The notes: generated by a model not told the origin, from the sequence alone. DNA of 40,828 nucleotides from Chiloscyllium plagiosum (GCF_004010195.1 NC_057718.1:77426312-77467139); one strand, 5' to 3'. Shown: positions 10,410 through 21,885, numbered from the stretch's first letter. Numbers and translations are program-made.

Positions 10410-11280
10410 TATGCAATAAGACTTGAATAATATCCAGGCTTGGGCTGTCAAATGGCAAGTAACATTCACACACAAAAACGCAGTAACAATTATCTCCAAT
10501 AGTTGAACCAATATCCCATAACATTCAATGGTGTCACTAAATCCTCCATTATCAACATCCTAAAAACTCAACTGGACTGGCAGATAAATACAATGGTTAC
10601 AAGAGCAGAGGTATACTGCTGTCAGCAATTCCCTCTTCACTCCCAACGCCTGTCCATCATCCATATGGATAAGTCAGGAGAGTCGTGGAACGCTCCGCAC
10701 TTATCTGGTTGAGTACAGCTCCAGTAACACTCAAGAAGGTTGACACCAATCAGGACAAAGATACTTGATTGACACCATATCCACAAATGTCTACTCCCTC
10801 CACCAATGATGCTCAGTCACACCCCTGTGTATCTAGCTACAAGATGCACTGCATAAATTTTCCAAAGGTCCTTAGTCAGCCAATTCCAACCCTACAATAG
10901 ATTCACACATGTATTGGGACACAATTTTAACCCTTTCACCACACACACCCCTGTGTATCTAGCTACAAGATGCACTGCATAAATTTTCCAAAGGTCCTTA
11001 GTCAGCCAATTCCAACCCTACAAACACTTTTATCTGGAAGGACAAGGGCAGCAGATGCAAGTTAAGCTCCAAGTCACTCACCATCCTAACTTGGAAATAT
11101 ATCACTGTCCAAGGTCAAATTCCTGGATCTCCCTCCCTCATGGTATTGTTGGTCTACCTACAGCACAGGGACTGCAGCAATTTAAGAAGACAGCTCATCT
11201 CCACGTTTTCAAGGATAACCAGGGATATGCAATAAATGCTGGCCAATCAGTGACACCCACGTCTCATGAGTGAATGAAAC
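10410..11280 (+). mobile_element. CR1-clade LINE 3' end
   Basis: MQ*DLNNIQAWAVKWQVTF and APVTLKKVDTNQDK. The tail caataaatgctggcc...catgagtgaatgaaa is the reverse complement of the family at 1552-3275. Confidence 0.8.
10818..11023 (+). repeat. Exact 80-bp direct duplication with 46-bp spacer
   Basis: 10818-10897 is identical to 10944-11023 (cacacccctgtgtatctagc...ccaaccctacaa). Confidence 0.95.
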
Positions 11281-11287
11281 GAAAATT

Positions 11288-11410
11288 TGAGGGAGAGGGT
11301 CTAGAACAGTGAAGGAATTTTGGAGGTTCAGACCTTCTCACTTTTTGTGCAGTGAACAACTGGAGGTAAAAGATCAAGACAGTTCCTGCATTGACAGATA
11401 GACAAGAACA
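11288..11410 (+). mobile_element. Possible Harbinger Myb/SANT-protein remnant (post-Myb segment)
   Basis: RERV*NSEGILEVQTFSLFVQ*T...DQDSSCID resembles the RERA.TGGG....LT.FE.RALE motif that follows the Myb domain in these proteins. Confidence 0.35.
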
Positions 11411-12624
11411 TGTTGCAGGAAACCATGAGGAACATTGCAGTCTGCTCATGTCCAATTTGCAGGCAGTGTCATACATTGGTCTACGTAAGAGACTATGCAC
11501 CTTCACCAACTATTCCTTTTCTTCTTCACTACAAATACTAGTGGCCACCAGGAGAGGACAAAGCACGAGCTGCTATAATCTCCCCCTAGCAGCAACAGCA
11601 CCACCACCACCTCAGAGTCTGATGTCTCCGAAACCCAGAGAAGGCACTGGCATAGTTTTCATCTGGATACACCACCAGCACAAACATTCAGCTTGACAGA
11701 TTCACTACCCAGTATCATCTCAGAATCACATTCTGGTGGGCACATTACAGCCAAGAGTCCACTGATGTCAGAGGGGACAATGCCCAAAGTCTCTGATATT
11801 TGGATGACTGCTGGAAAAACCTGCTGAGCCCAAAAGGATGATGGGCATGTACTCAGCCATCAGTGACAAGGTGAACATGCTGTGATAGGTAAAGAAACAT
11901 CAAGTAGTGATACCCAAGGCGCTCAGTAAGAGAGAGAGAAATATAAAAGATTGCATCCAAATTCTATCAACTGTCATAACTCCTGCATGGGACCACTTGG
12001 CTGCTTCATGAAACCGGTGGTGGCAGTAACCTTGGACAGCCAGCTGCTGAATATTTGCTCAAACATGTGCTATCACTATATTCATAGGTACACAGCATCA
12101 GTAGTGCAAAAAAGGGGTCTCTGTCTCACTGCTGGTGACCGTTCATCTCAAGGAGATACCAGGAGGGACCAGAGGAATTCAGGCAGGTCCAGCTTAGGAC
12201 ACTCAATAAACACCCTGCCTTTCCACCTTCTCTACGTCAGTGACCTAATTTCTTGTAGCAGGTTAGGGCCAGAAGACTACACCTGCACCCGTTTGAAAAA
12301 AACAATCTTGCTGATACTGAGTTCACATGATCCTTTTCTGTTCATTTTTATGACTTTTCCCAGCTTCACACCACAATTTATGAAGTGTGTGGAAGAAAAG
12401 GAGCAAATATGGAAGGATGCCAAGAGCCCCAAGTTGCATGGTTGACTTCTGTGACCACTTACATCTGCAGATAGAGCTGAGGTTACCTTTATCTAGCTGA
12501 TGGGTGTATTTCTTCTGAAAGAAGAAAACCATTATGTACAGCAAAGGTAAAGTCACCATAGTCCCAGAAGACTGAAGGGCTGCTCCCTCATCTTCGATGA
12601 TTGGTGGACAGCTTATAATTAGGG

Positions 12625-13830
12625 AATGAGTAAGTAATATACAATACTGTCAATCGCTTGAGTCTGCTCTGCCATTGCCATTCAATTAGTTCATACCTGA
12701 TATTCTCCTCCAGGCACTTTCCTACATTATTCACATATCCTTTTCTACCTTTAATGGTTACAAATCTATACATTTCTGTCTTACACATACTTGGACTAAG
12801 TCTCCACAACCTTCTGGATGGCAATGCCACAGATTCATCATCCTCTAATGTAACAATTCATCCTCATCCTAGTCCCAAATGCCCTATCTCTTGTTCTGAA
12901 ATTGTGTCCAATGATTCTAGAACCCCTATTCTTGTTGAATCTACCCTCCTGAGCCCTATACGACTTTTGCATGCTTCAATGAGATCACTTCTTATTCTTC
13001 TAAACTCTTGAAAATGTATGACTAATTTCCTTAGTTTCTTCTCATACAACAATCCTACCATCCCAAGGATTAGTTTGGTGAATCCTCATTACAGTCCATG
13101 TATGGCAAGTATATCTTTCCTTAATTAAGGAAACTAAAACTGTATACATCAGTTACAGTTTCACAAGGCTCTATACAATTGCATGTAATGTATCTATATA
13201 AACTCTATATATAATGTCTTTCCTCAAAAACCCTTGCAATAATGGTTAATTTACTATCTGCTTTCCTAATTGCTTGTTGCACTTGCATGTTAGCTTTCAG
13301 TAACTTATGAACAATGACAGCTAGGTATCTTTGAGCATCAACACCACTCAATTTCTCACTATTTAAGAAATACATTGGATTTCTGTTTTTCATACCATAG
13401 ATGCTAATTTTGCACTTTCACACACTGTATTCTACCTAACATGTCCTTGCCCAATCTGCCTAAACCCTCTTGAAGCCTTTACCTATCCTCCTCACAATTC
13501 ATATTCCCACCGGGTTCTGTACCATCACAAAACATTACATTTGGTCCAATCATTCATATGGATTGTGAATAGCTGGAGCACAAGCACTGATAATTGCTCC
13601 ACTGCTCACCACAGCCTGTCCATCTGAAAATGACCCCTTTATTCCCACTATGTTTTAAAAAATAAACCAACTTGCTATCCATACCAAAATATTTACCCCC
13701 ATTCCATATGACTGTACTCTTGCTACATAACCTACTGTGTGAGACCTTATCAAAAGCCTTCTTAAAATCCAAAAGCACCATATCCACAAGTTCCTCCTTT
13801 TCTATTCTACTAGTTACATTCTGAAAACTT
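12625..13830 (-). mobile_element. CR1 LINE RT and 3' end
   Basis: MDMVLLDFKKAFDKVSHSRL, YFLNSEKL...QRYLAVIVHKLLK, GLLYEKKLRKL...FRRIRSDLIEACK. Confidence 0.85.
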
Positions 13831-14287
13831 CTAGCAGGATGCTAGACGATACTTACTGAAATTGGTTTCATTCACGGTGTGGGTAAAATCATAGGAACAA
13901 TAGCATAGTCTGAATGACCTCATCTGCCAAGATGACATGACTGGCGCAAGTTCTGATGTATTCAACTGTTAATAAGCTTGAGAGACACATGGTCTATAAC
14001 ATGTACACAGCTGCTCCTCTTTTCAGTCATCTGCACTGTCAATCTTGATGAAAGCAGCCAAGCTGCTAAGACCATCTTTGAGACTTTTAGAAATGTTGTC
14101 CCCTAGTATACTAACACCAAATTAATCTGCACTGCTAAATGTCACTTAAATGCAATTTTCCACTTCCAATATTATTATATATTTCCTAGTTATATCAAAT
14201 ACTACGAATAGATCCATAAAACTGTAAATAAATTATACTAGAAAAATGTATTATTTGCATGTTCCCATTCTGCTACCATTTCCACAA

Positions 14288-14340
14288 ATTCTTAACCATT
14301 TAAAACTGACTTCTAATGTCAGTTTTAAATGGTTAAGAAT
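14288..14340. repeat. Perfect 23-bp inverted repeat with 7-nt loop abutting a SINE 5' end
   Basis: attcttaaccatttaaaactgac (14288-14310) / ttctaat / gtcagttttaaatggttaagaat (14318-14340). Confidence 0.95.
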
Positions 14341-14663
14341 GGGTGGCATGGTGGCACAGTGGTTAGCACTGCTGCCTCACAGCGCCAGAGACCTGGGTTC
14401 AATTCCCGCCTCAGGCGACTGACTGTGTGGAGTTTGCACATTCTCCCCATGTCTGCGTGGGTTTCCTCCGGGTGCTCCGGTTTCCTCCCACAGTCCAAAG
14501 ATGTGCAGGTTAGGTGAATTGGTCATGCTAAATTGCCCGTAGTTCTAGGTAAGGGGTAAATGGAGGGGTATGGGTGGGTTGCGCTTCGGCGGGTCGGTGT
14601 GGACTTGTTGGGCCGAAGGGCCTGTTTCCACACTGTAATGTAATCTAATCTAATCTAATCTAA
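14341..14663 (+). mobile_element. HE1-type tRNA-derived V-SINE, full length
   Basis: A box tggcacagtgg and B box gggttcaattcc. V-domain-like tgtggagtttgcacattctccccatgtctgcgtgggtttcctccggg. CR1-like tail ending in (taatc)n. Confidence 0.9.
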
Positions 14664-15202
14664 TATAGATAGACATTTTCTCTAATGTCTTTATTTCCCT
14701 CTCCTTTCTTACTTGAACATGCACCAATTCAGCACTCTGAATGATAAGCAATTAAATGGTTTTAAACATATATAAATATATATTATACAGGGATATATTG
14801 TGATTTTACTATTGGAAGAATAATTGAAAGTGTACAATTTGAATTTAAAAATACAAAAAAGGAGTGTTAGTAGCACAATGTATCATATATACGTTTGATC
14901 TGTTTCTGCCCCTGGAATACACATGGATACAAAGCATCTCTTTTCTTAAAAGCAAATACATCAAACATAAATAACATTTAGAATTTTGTCCACTACTTTT
15001 TCCACTGATTTTTGTAAATAATTAAACAGATCCTTTTAGATACTGCACTTGAAGATATACATTGTATTGACTGACTAAACATTACTGATGCTGTTTGGAA
15101 AATAATAGTCAATACATTTGGATTGCAGTCTACTTTCACCCCGTAGAAACATATCTCCGACGAATTTTGATTTATTGAAAATACTGAGATCCTTGAGATT
15201 CA

Positions 15203-15530
15203 TGGGTGGCACGATGGCTCAGTGGTTAACACTGCTGCCTCATAGTGCCAGGGACCTGGGTTTGATTCCAGCCTTGGGCAACTGTCTGTGTGGAGTTTGC
15301 ATATTCTCCCCATGTTTGTGTGGGTTTCCTCCGGATGCTCCAGTTACCTCCCATAATCCAAGGATGTACAGGTTAGGTGAATTGGGTATGCTAAATTGTC
15401 CATAGAGTTCATGGATGTGTAGATTAGATGTATTAGTCAGGAGTAAATATAGGATAATAGGGTAGGGAAATGGGTCAGTGTGAGTTACTCTTCGGAGGGT
15501 AGCAGTGAACTTGTTGGGCTGAAGGGCCTT
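15203..15530 (+). mobile_element. HE1-type SINE
   Basis: Same head, central domain and tail as 14341-14663, but more diverged. Confidence 0.85.
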
Positions 15531-15666
15531 GCATTTGCTAAGGTTATTAGAGAGGTTTGCAACATAGTACATCCAGCATAATGAAAAAGGATCAAAAGCA
15601 TTAATGTTTCAAATCCACCAGAAAAAATATACCATCTTCCACTGGCAGCAGATATATTTTCACAAG

Positions 15667-15822
15667 TTAACTGTTTGCTAACTTCTCTATACAGATGAGA
15701 CATTCAGCTAAAGGGCAAGTGGTATCTCCTGTCCATGAAAATCCAAAGGCTGGATAGCTCTCATTGCATTGTCTCCAAACAGTTCTTACTCTTTTATGCT
15801 TTGGGTTCAGAAACTTATCAAT
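15667..15822 (-). mobile_element. hAT (Buster/Charlie-type) transposase N-terminal BED-finger remnant
   Basis: Open for 51 codons: IDKFLNPKHKRVRTVWRQCNESYPAFGFSWTGDTTCPLAECLICIEKLANS*. Matches the Buster/ZBED5-type pattern RKY.ESYL.FGF.WTGD...P.P.C.IC.E.LAN. Not in the ORF track. Confidence 0.8.
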
Positions 15823-17262
15823 TTCTTCTTAGAATCTATTCTGAGAACTTTACTGGCTTAACTAAAATTAATTCTCAAAATATTTACCTTAAAATCCATA
15901 GTAATGTAAAGATTTGTCCAGGCAAGCAGGCCAATTCAACCATCTTTCATCAAATGCATGCCTCTTTACTGTGCTTGCACAGTTTCTTCTCATCCTAGAG
16001 ATATGATCCTCAATCATCAAGCTTGTTTCGTCTGAAAGCAAGCTGCAAAAGTAAATTTCACATCTTCCATGCGTGCATGGTGCCGAATCTCAACTCTTGT
16101 AGGACATCGGGAATCTCCGTGAAGTGGTGCTGCTTCTCATCTTGCTGCTGCACACCAGTGTGCCAGAAACAATTGGTACAGTGAACTTGTCACTGGAAGA
16201 AATGGGTTTAGGACAGTACCTTTGCAGATTAACACAATATGATGTTGGGCATACACTTTTGGACCATTATAGTTAAATCATTGGTACCTTGAGATTGGTA
16301 TGTAGCATAATCCCTGCGCTAGGACAGATAAGCCCAAGGTAATATTAGTGACATGATTGTGGCAAGCTTCAGGCACCTTCCCAACATGGTTTCAGCATAA
16401 CAGCCTGAATGCCATGGAGATTCGTGGAATATTATTTGGAAGGACAACAGGGCTCTTCCATTAGCCCAGTTCTTGGAAGAACAGGTAACATCTGGGGAAA
16501 ATTATTGAAAAGCAGCTGTGTAGAAACCTGCAACCTTCTTTGATATTGTAGTGAAGATGGCAGAAATGCTCCTGCACTTTCTAGCTTAACATTCATGTTG
16601 CCATATTTTACACAAAAACTTAACATTTTGGTGATGGTCTCCAGCTTTCCCTTCAAGGCTCTGTGCAGGCCACGCTTCACTACCCACAGTCAACTTGGCA
16701 CCAGATTTCAAAGCAGTCCAGTTGAGAAAAGAAAGCTAAGGCAGCCTTTAGGCACTCTGCATATACAAACAGGAAGCTTATTTTATTTGTGAGAACTAGA
16801 TACCTCTTTTTCAGCCTTCACTACTATGGCAAAGATGCAATATTGTTCCGTTATGTTCATGCATGTCTTATTCATTACATTAGGTGACAGAACCAATATA
16901 TTTCATAAGTGTAGAATTTGAGTAATGCAGTTTCCCCTTGTTAATTCCATTTCAACCAAGTACAAAAAAAAATCTTTTATGGATCAATGCATTAAATCTA
17001 AAAGATTATAACAGCAATTTATTTTTATTTCTTCTAACTGCTACGTCAATGAATATTAAATGAAGTGGCATTACAATAGAGATTTTCTTAAGATTAGATT
17101 CCCTACAGTGTGGAAACAGGCCCTTAGACCCAACAGGTCCACATCAACCCTCCGAAGAGAAACCCACCCCCCTATATTTACCCCTGACTAATCCACCTAA
17201 CACTATGGGCAATTTAGCATGGCCAATTCACCTAACCTGCATACCTTTGGACTGTGGGAGGA

Positions 17263-17759
17263 AAGAGCTGAAAATGTGTTGCTGGAAAAGCGCAGCAGGT
17301 CAGGCAGCATCCAAGGAGCAGGAGAATCGACATTTCGGGCATGAGCCCTTCTTCAGGAATGAGGAAAGTGTGTCCAGCAGGCTAAGATAAAAGGTAGGGA
17401 GGATGGAACTTGGGGGAGGGGCGCTGGAAATGCGATAGGTGGAAGGAGGCTGTCGTGTTGCTATGGTCTGGCGATGGAGGAGTCCAAGGACCTTCATGTC
17501 CTTGGTGGAGTGGGAGGGGGCGTTGAAGTGTTGAGCCACGGGGTGGTTGGATTGGTTGGTCCGGGTGTAGAGGTGTTCTCTGAAACATTCCGCAAGTAGG
17601 CAGCCTGTCTCCCCAATATAGAGGAGGCCACATCGGGTGCAGCGGATGCAATAAATGATGTGTGTGGAGGTGCAGGTGAATTTGTGGCGGATATGGAAGG
17701 ATCCCTTGGGGCCTTGGAGGGAAGTAAGGGGGGAGGTGTGGGCGCAAGTTTTGCATTTA
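17263..17759 (-). mobile_element. Penelope-like element 3' fragment (GIY-YIG endonuclease plus pLTR)
   Basis: KCKTCAH...FHIRHKFTCTSTHIIYCIRCTRCGLLYIGETGCLLAECFREHL...PVAQHFNAPSHS: a GIY-YIG domain with Cys motifs typical of PLEs. A hammerhead motif lies downstream. Confidence 0.9.
17326..17358 (-). ncRNA. Minimal hammerhead ribozyme motif
   Basis: Minus strand: tc CTGAAGA a gggc-tcat-gccc GAAA tg TC ga. Stem II is intact. Helix III has CG>TG relative to sister copies. Confidence 0.6.
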
Positions 17760-18369
17760 GGAAACCCACGCAGACATGGGGAGAATGTGCAAACTCCACA
17801 CAGACAGTTGCTAGAGATGGGAATTGAACCTGTGTCCCTGGCGCTGTGAGGCAGCAGTGCTAACTGGTGAGCCACCGTACTTCCCCAAGCCACGGTGCTG
17901 ACTATTTATTGTAGTCTTCACCAAAGAGATGCAAACAAACTTGTAACTTTGTTATATTATCAGCAGACAAAATTTTGTTTCCTGTTCACACTACAGTGAT
18001 ATCTACAAAAGCAGCTCCACTTTCAAAGGCATTGTGGTAATATAAACAAAGTAGTGTGCATGCCTCTGGAAGCAATTCATCTCTGCTTTATTCTTTTATT
18101 CTACCATATCATTTCAGCCAGTATTGAGCAGTGTCTCAGCTCGCAGCAAAGGAAATCAATTTCACATTACTATTAATTTTCCCTTACAGTGAATATTGGG
18201 GCAAAAATAAGTATAACTGAAGAATCCACATGGTATGAATGAAAATAAGCAGAACCTTTAGGCAAACACATATTCCCTTTCCCTCCCCTTTCAGCATTCT
18301 GAAGACTCCATTCCTTCCAAAATACCCTCGCCCATGTTCAATACTTCATTGCCTTCCACAAAATCAATT

Positions 18370-18465
18370 GAATCCCTACAGTGTGGAAGCAGGCCATTCA
18401 GTCCACCAAGTTCACAGTGACCCTCTGAAGAGCATCACACTCAGATACACCCTATCCCTGTAATC
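18370..18465 (-). mobile_element. SINE/CR1 3'-tail fragment
   Basis: gaatccctacagtgtggaagcaggccattcagtcc...ccctctgaagagcatc matches the tail at 17095-17160. Confidence 0.65.
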
Positions 18466-18509
18466 ATGCTTTTCTTTGCTGCTTTCCTTTGCCATGCTGA
18501 GGCATCATA

Positions 18510-18825
18510 CTTGACCTTTTACTTCTTCTCTACAAGGCCCATAAACATTTCTTTTAAATGAAACAGCGACTTACTTATACATCTTTCAATTTAGTTCAGT
18601 GCATTCACCTCTCACAATATGGTCACCTTCATATTGCAGAGACCAAAACAAACTGGATAACTGCTTTGCAGAGCACCAGAATCATGATCCTAATTTTCCT
18701 GTTGTTTGGCATTTTAATTCATTACCTTGCATGAAGAATGGTTAAATTGGAATCAAAATATTTATTGTTTTTTTCTCTCCAAATAATGCTGAACTTGCTG
18801 AATTATTTCCAGCATTTCTGCTTTT
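18510..18825 (+). mobile_element. Old Penelope-like GIY-YIG fragment
   Basis: F*MKQRLTYTSFNLVQCIHLSQYGHLHIAETK..CFAEH resembles FTCTS.NLVYCIRC..CGLLYIGET. It is followed by a pLTR-like gctgaacttgctgaattatttccagcatttctg. Confidence 0.6.
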
Positions 18826-18867
18826 GAGGTTACGTTATTTGATATGCTGCAAATAATTGTTACTTAC

Positions 18868-19002
18868 CAGTATAAATAGCTGAGAGAGTGTGGATCACAG
18901 CCATAGAATGGTGGACAGATGTAACATTCTGAGAGACTTTTTCATTATATTGTGGGCAATTGTTAGGTCCACAGTAGGCTAAAATCTCATCAGTGATGTT
19001 AG
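18868..19002 (-). CDS. UNC93A: UNC93A-like exon 4 (135 bp)
   Basis: gctttcag|CT AAC ATC ... TAT ACT G|gtaagt gives (A)NITDEILAYCGPNNCPQYNEKVSQNVTSVHHSMAVIHTLSAIYT(G). The CG..C loop and TL..IYTG motifs of UNC93A are conserved. Phase 1-1. Confidence 0.9.
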
Positions 19003-19289
19003 CTGAAAGCCAAAGAATGTGTGTTACTAGATCATAGGGTACAAATTTATTTTTCAGTAGGATTCCAACTTTCTTTATCATAATTTCATCAATTTACATA
19101 TTTATAAATGATTATCAGTATTTTTGCCCATGCTCATCATGCAATCCAAATAAGCTACAAATGCATTCACAATTTGAAATTCATACATATAAGTGAAATA
19201 GATTGTGATGTAAATATTACGTGTTGAGATTGCATTCATAATTATTTGTAATATACCGTTACCACCTGAATATAATTAAACCTACTTGT

Positions 19290-20128
19290 TTTATTTCCAC
19301 AGAGTATGTGGCATTGGTGACAGGACAGCATTTAATGCCTGTCCCTAGTTGTCCTTGAGAAGGTGATGGTGCATTGCCTCTTGAACTGCTGCAGTCCATG
19401 AGCTAAAGGTTGATCCAAAATGCCTTTGGGGAGGGAAATCCAGAATTTGACCCAGTGATAATGATGGAACAACAATGTATTTGCAAGTCAGGAAGGCGAA
19501 TGGTTTGGAGATGAACTTCACTTTTTATCCGTTCCCCTTGTCCTTCTAGATGGAAGTGGTCATTGGTTTGGAAGGTGCTGTCTAAGGATCTTTGGTGAAT
19601 TTCTGCAGTGTATCTTGTAGGTAACACATACTGTTGCTACTGAGCATTCGTGGTGGACCGCGAGGACATGAAGCCAATCAAGCAGGCTGCTTTATCCTGG
19701 ATGGTGTCAAACTTCTAGAATGTTGTTGGAGTATTCTATCACTGTGGCCAGTGGTGGACAGGCATTGGGGAGTCAGGAGTTAATTGTGGCAGTGTTCCAA
19801 GCTTCTAACCTGCACTCATAGTCATTCTAATTATATGGCAAGTGCAGTTGATTTTCTGGTCAATAGTATCCCCAGAATGTTGATAATGGGGGATTCAGTG
19901 ATGGTAATGCCACTGAATATCAAGGGGTAGCAGTTAGATTATCTCTTATTAGACATGGTCATTGTCTGGTATTTTTGTAGCAGGAATGTTACTTGTCACT
20001 TGTCAATCCAAGTCTGGATATTGTCCAGATCTTGTTGCATTTGAACAAGGACTACTTCATTATCTAAGGAATCACGATTGATACTAAACATTGTACAATC
20101 GTCAGTGAATATCCTTCCTTCAAACCTT
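19290..20128 (-). mobile_element. CR1-clade LINE 3' part
   Basis: IFTDDCTMFSI...QMQQDLDNIQTWIDK. Colinear with 1552-2400. Continues at about 20760 after a nested insertion. Confidence 0.85.
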
Positions 20129-20750
20129 ATAGAATCATACAGCATGGAAACAGACCCCTCAGTCCAACCAGTCCATGCCGACCATAATCCCAAACTAAAC
20201 TAGTCACACTTGCCTGTGCTTGGCCCATATCTCTCCAAACATTTCTTAATTATGTACTCACCTAAATGTCTTTTAAACATTGTAACTGTATCCGCATCCA
20301 TCACATTCTCTGGATGTTCATTCCATATGCAAACCACTGTCGATGTAAAAGAAGTTGCCCCTCATGTCTTTTTAAAATCTCTTTCTCTCTAATCACCTTA
20401 AAAATATTCCCCCCTAGTCTTGAAATCCCCCATCCTAGGAAAAAGAAACCTGCCATTCACCTTACTTACACCCCTCATGAGTTTGTAAACCTCTATAAGG
20501 TCAACCCTTAACTCCTGCACTACAGTCAAAAATGTCCCAACCTGTCCAACCTCTTCTCATGACTCAAACCGTTTATTCCAAGTCACATCCTGGTAAATCT
20601 CTTCTGAACCCACACCAGCTTAATAATATCCTTCCTATAACAGGGCAATGAGGAATGGGCATAGTACTTCAGAGAAGACCTTACTAACAACCTGTACAAC
20701 CTTGACATAGCATCCTAACTCCTATACTCAAAACTCTGAGCAATGAAGGA
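20129..20750 (-). mobile_element. CR1/HER1-type LINE 3' end nested in another LINE
   Basis: Tail agaatcatacagcatggaaacagaccc...; minus strand encodes LRVDLIEVYKLMRG, the CR1 RT C-terminus. Confidence 0.85.
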
Positions 20751-20759
20751 GAGAAGGAC

Positions 20760-21395
20760 AGGATGATGGAGGAAAGGACATTCATGAAGCAGCTGAAGAT
20801 GGTTGGGCCTAGGACACTGCCCTTGGGAACTCTGCAGAGATACTCTGGAACTGAAGTAACTAACCTCCAACAACTACAACCAGCTTCTGGTATGCCAGGT
20901 ATGACTAAAACCAGTGGAGAGTTGGCCCTGATTCAATCATTCCATTTTGCTAGGGTAGTACAAAGCATGCCTAATAAAAAAGAGGTGTCAACCGGGGAGA
21001 GCTACAAAACAGGACTATTTGTGTGCTAAACAGATAAGCAGCAACTTATAGAGGGGGCTAAGTGATTCCACAACCAACAGATCAGAACTAAGCTCGACAG
21101 TTCTGCCACATCTAATTGTGAATGACAATGGACTATTAAGCCACTCACTGGAGGAAGAAGCTCCACAAATACCTCCATCCTCAATGATGGCGCATCAATG
21201 TAAAAGTATACAAACAATCCTTGGCTAGAATTACCAAGTGATTGATCCATCTCAGCCTTCACTGGAAGTCCCCAGCATCACAGACACTAATCTTCAGCCA
21301 ATTTGCTTCACTCCAAGTGATATGAAAAGATGGCTGAAGGCACTAGATGCGGCAGGCATTCTAATCATAGAATCGAAGACTTGTCTTAGCTGCTG
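20760..21395. mobile_element. Continuation of the CR1-clade LINE, partly inverted
   Basis: 20760-20955 is colinear with about 2420-2610 in the same orientation. About 20990-21395 is the reverse complement of sequence like 3000-3270 (e.g. ttctgccacatct and actggaggaagaagctccacaa). Confidence 0.7.
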
Positions 21396-21772
21396 TTGTG
21401 AATTTTATCACAAGTTTCAAACTGTGAGTAACTTTTTCAGAGCCAATTGTTGGTGCTTTCTTGGGGAGCTGTTATTAAGAGAATATTAAGGTATTAAGAG
21501 AAAGGTTTATATCTTCAGCTTTGTAGGTATAGAATTCAAATAGACAGGGAAAGTCCTCAGGGAAAGCTCAGTTATTATTAAAATTGAGTTAACACAATTC
21601 AAAGGTGTGTGCTCTACTGAATGCCCTCTTTTTGCAATATTGGAAATGAGGAAAATAGTTCAGGTAAAGCAGTTTTGGATCACAAATCTCTGGTAGCTTG
21701 GTGTTTGGAATACTGAAAAACAGATCTGCTCCTACTCTTCCTCCTCCATTTATTGCTACCAGATGTTGGTAG

Positions 21773-21823
21773 TAATGTCAAGCATAAATGTCAAACATAA
21801 TGTCAAAGATAATGTCAAACATA
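21773..21823 (+). repeat. Short tandem repeat, about 12-bp unit (taatgtcaaaca) x4
   Basis: taatgtcaagcat aaatgtcaaaca taatgtcaaaga taatgtcaaaca. Confidence 0.85.
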
Positions 21824-21885
21824 AAGACACAACATGGAATTGTGCACAGACAGGAGGTTCACTCTATGCTGTTATTTATATTTCG

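Larger units (their letters stand above)
17090..17890 (-). mobile_element. HE1-type SINE interrupted by a Penelope-like element
   Basis: SINE tail and body at 17090-17262 and head at 17760-17890 are colinear with the SINE at 14341-14663. Confidence 0.85.

Noticed and set aside
12323..12559. Hydrophobic minus-strand ORF as a candidate UNC93A exon
   Set aside because: No UNC93A motifs; exon 4 already splices in phase to the exon starting at 55.
14341..14420. tRNA gene
   Set aside because: The A and B boxes belong to a SINE head followed by the V-domain and tail; no full cloverleaf. The same applies at 15203, 17890, 26700 and 32553.
21773..21823. CRISPR-like repeat array
   Set aside because: Contiguous 12-bp tandem units without spacers, in vertebrate DNA; no cas genes.
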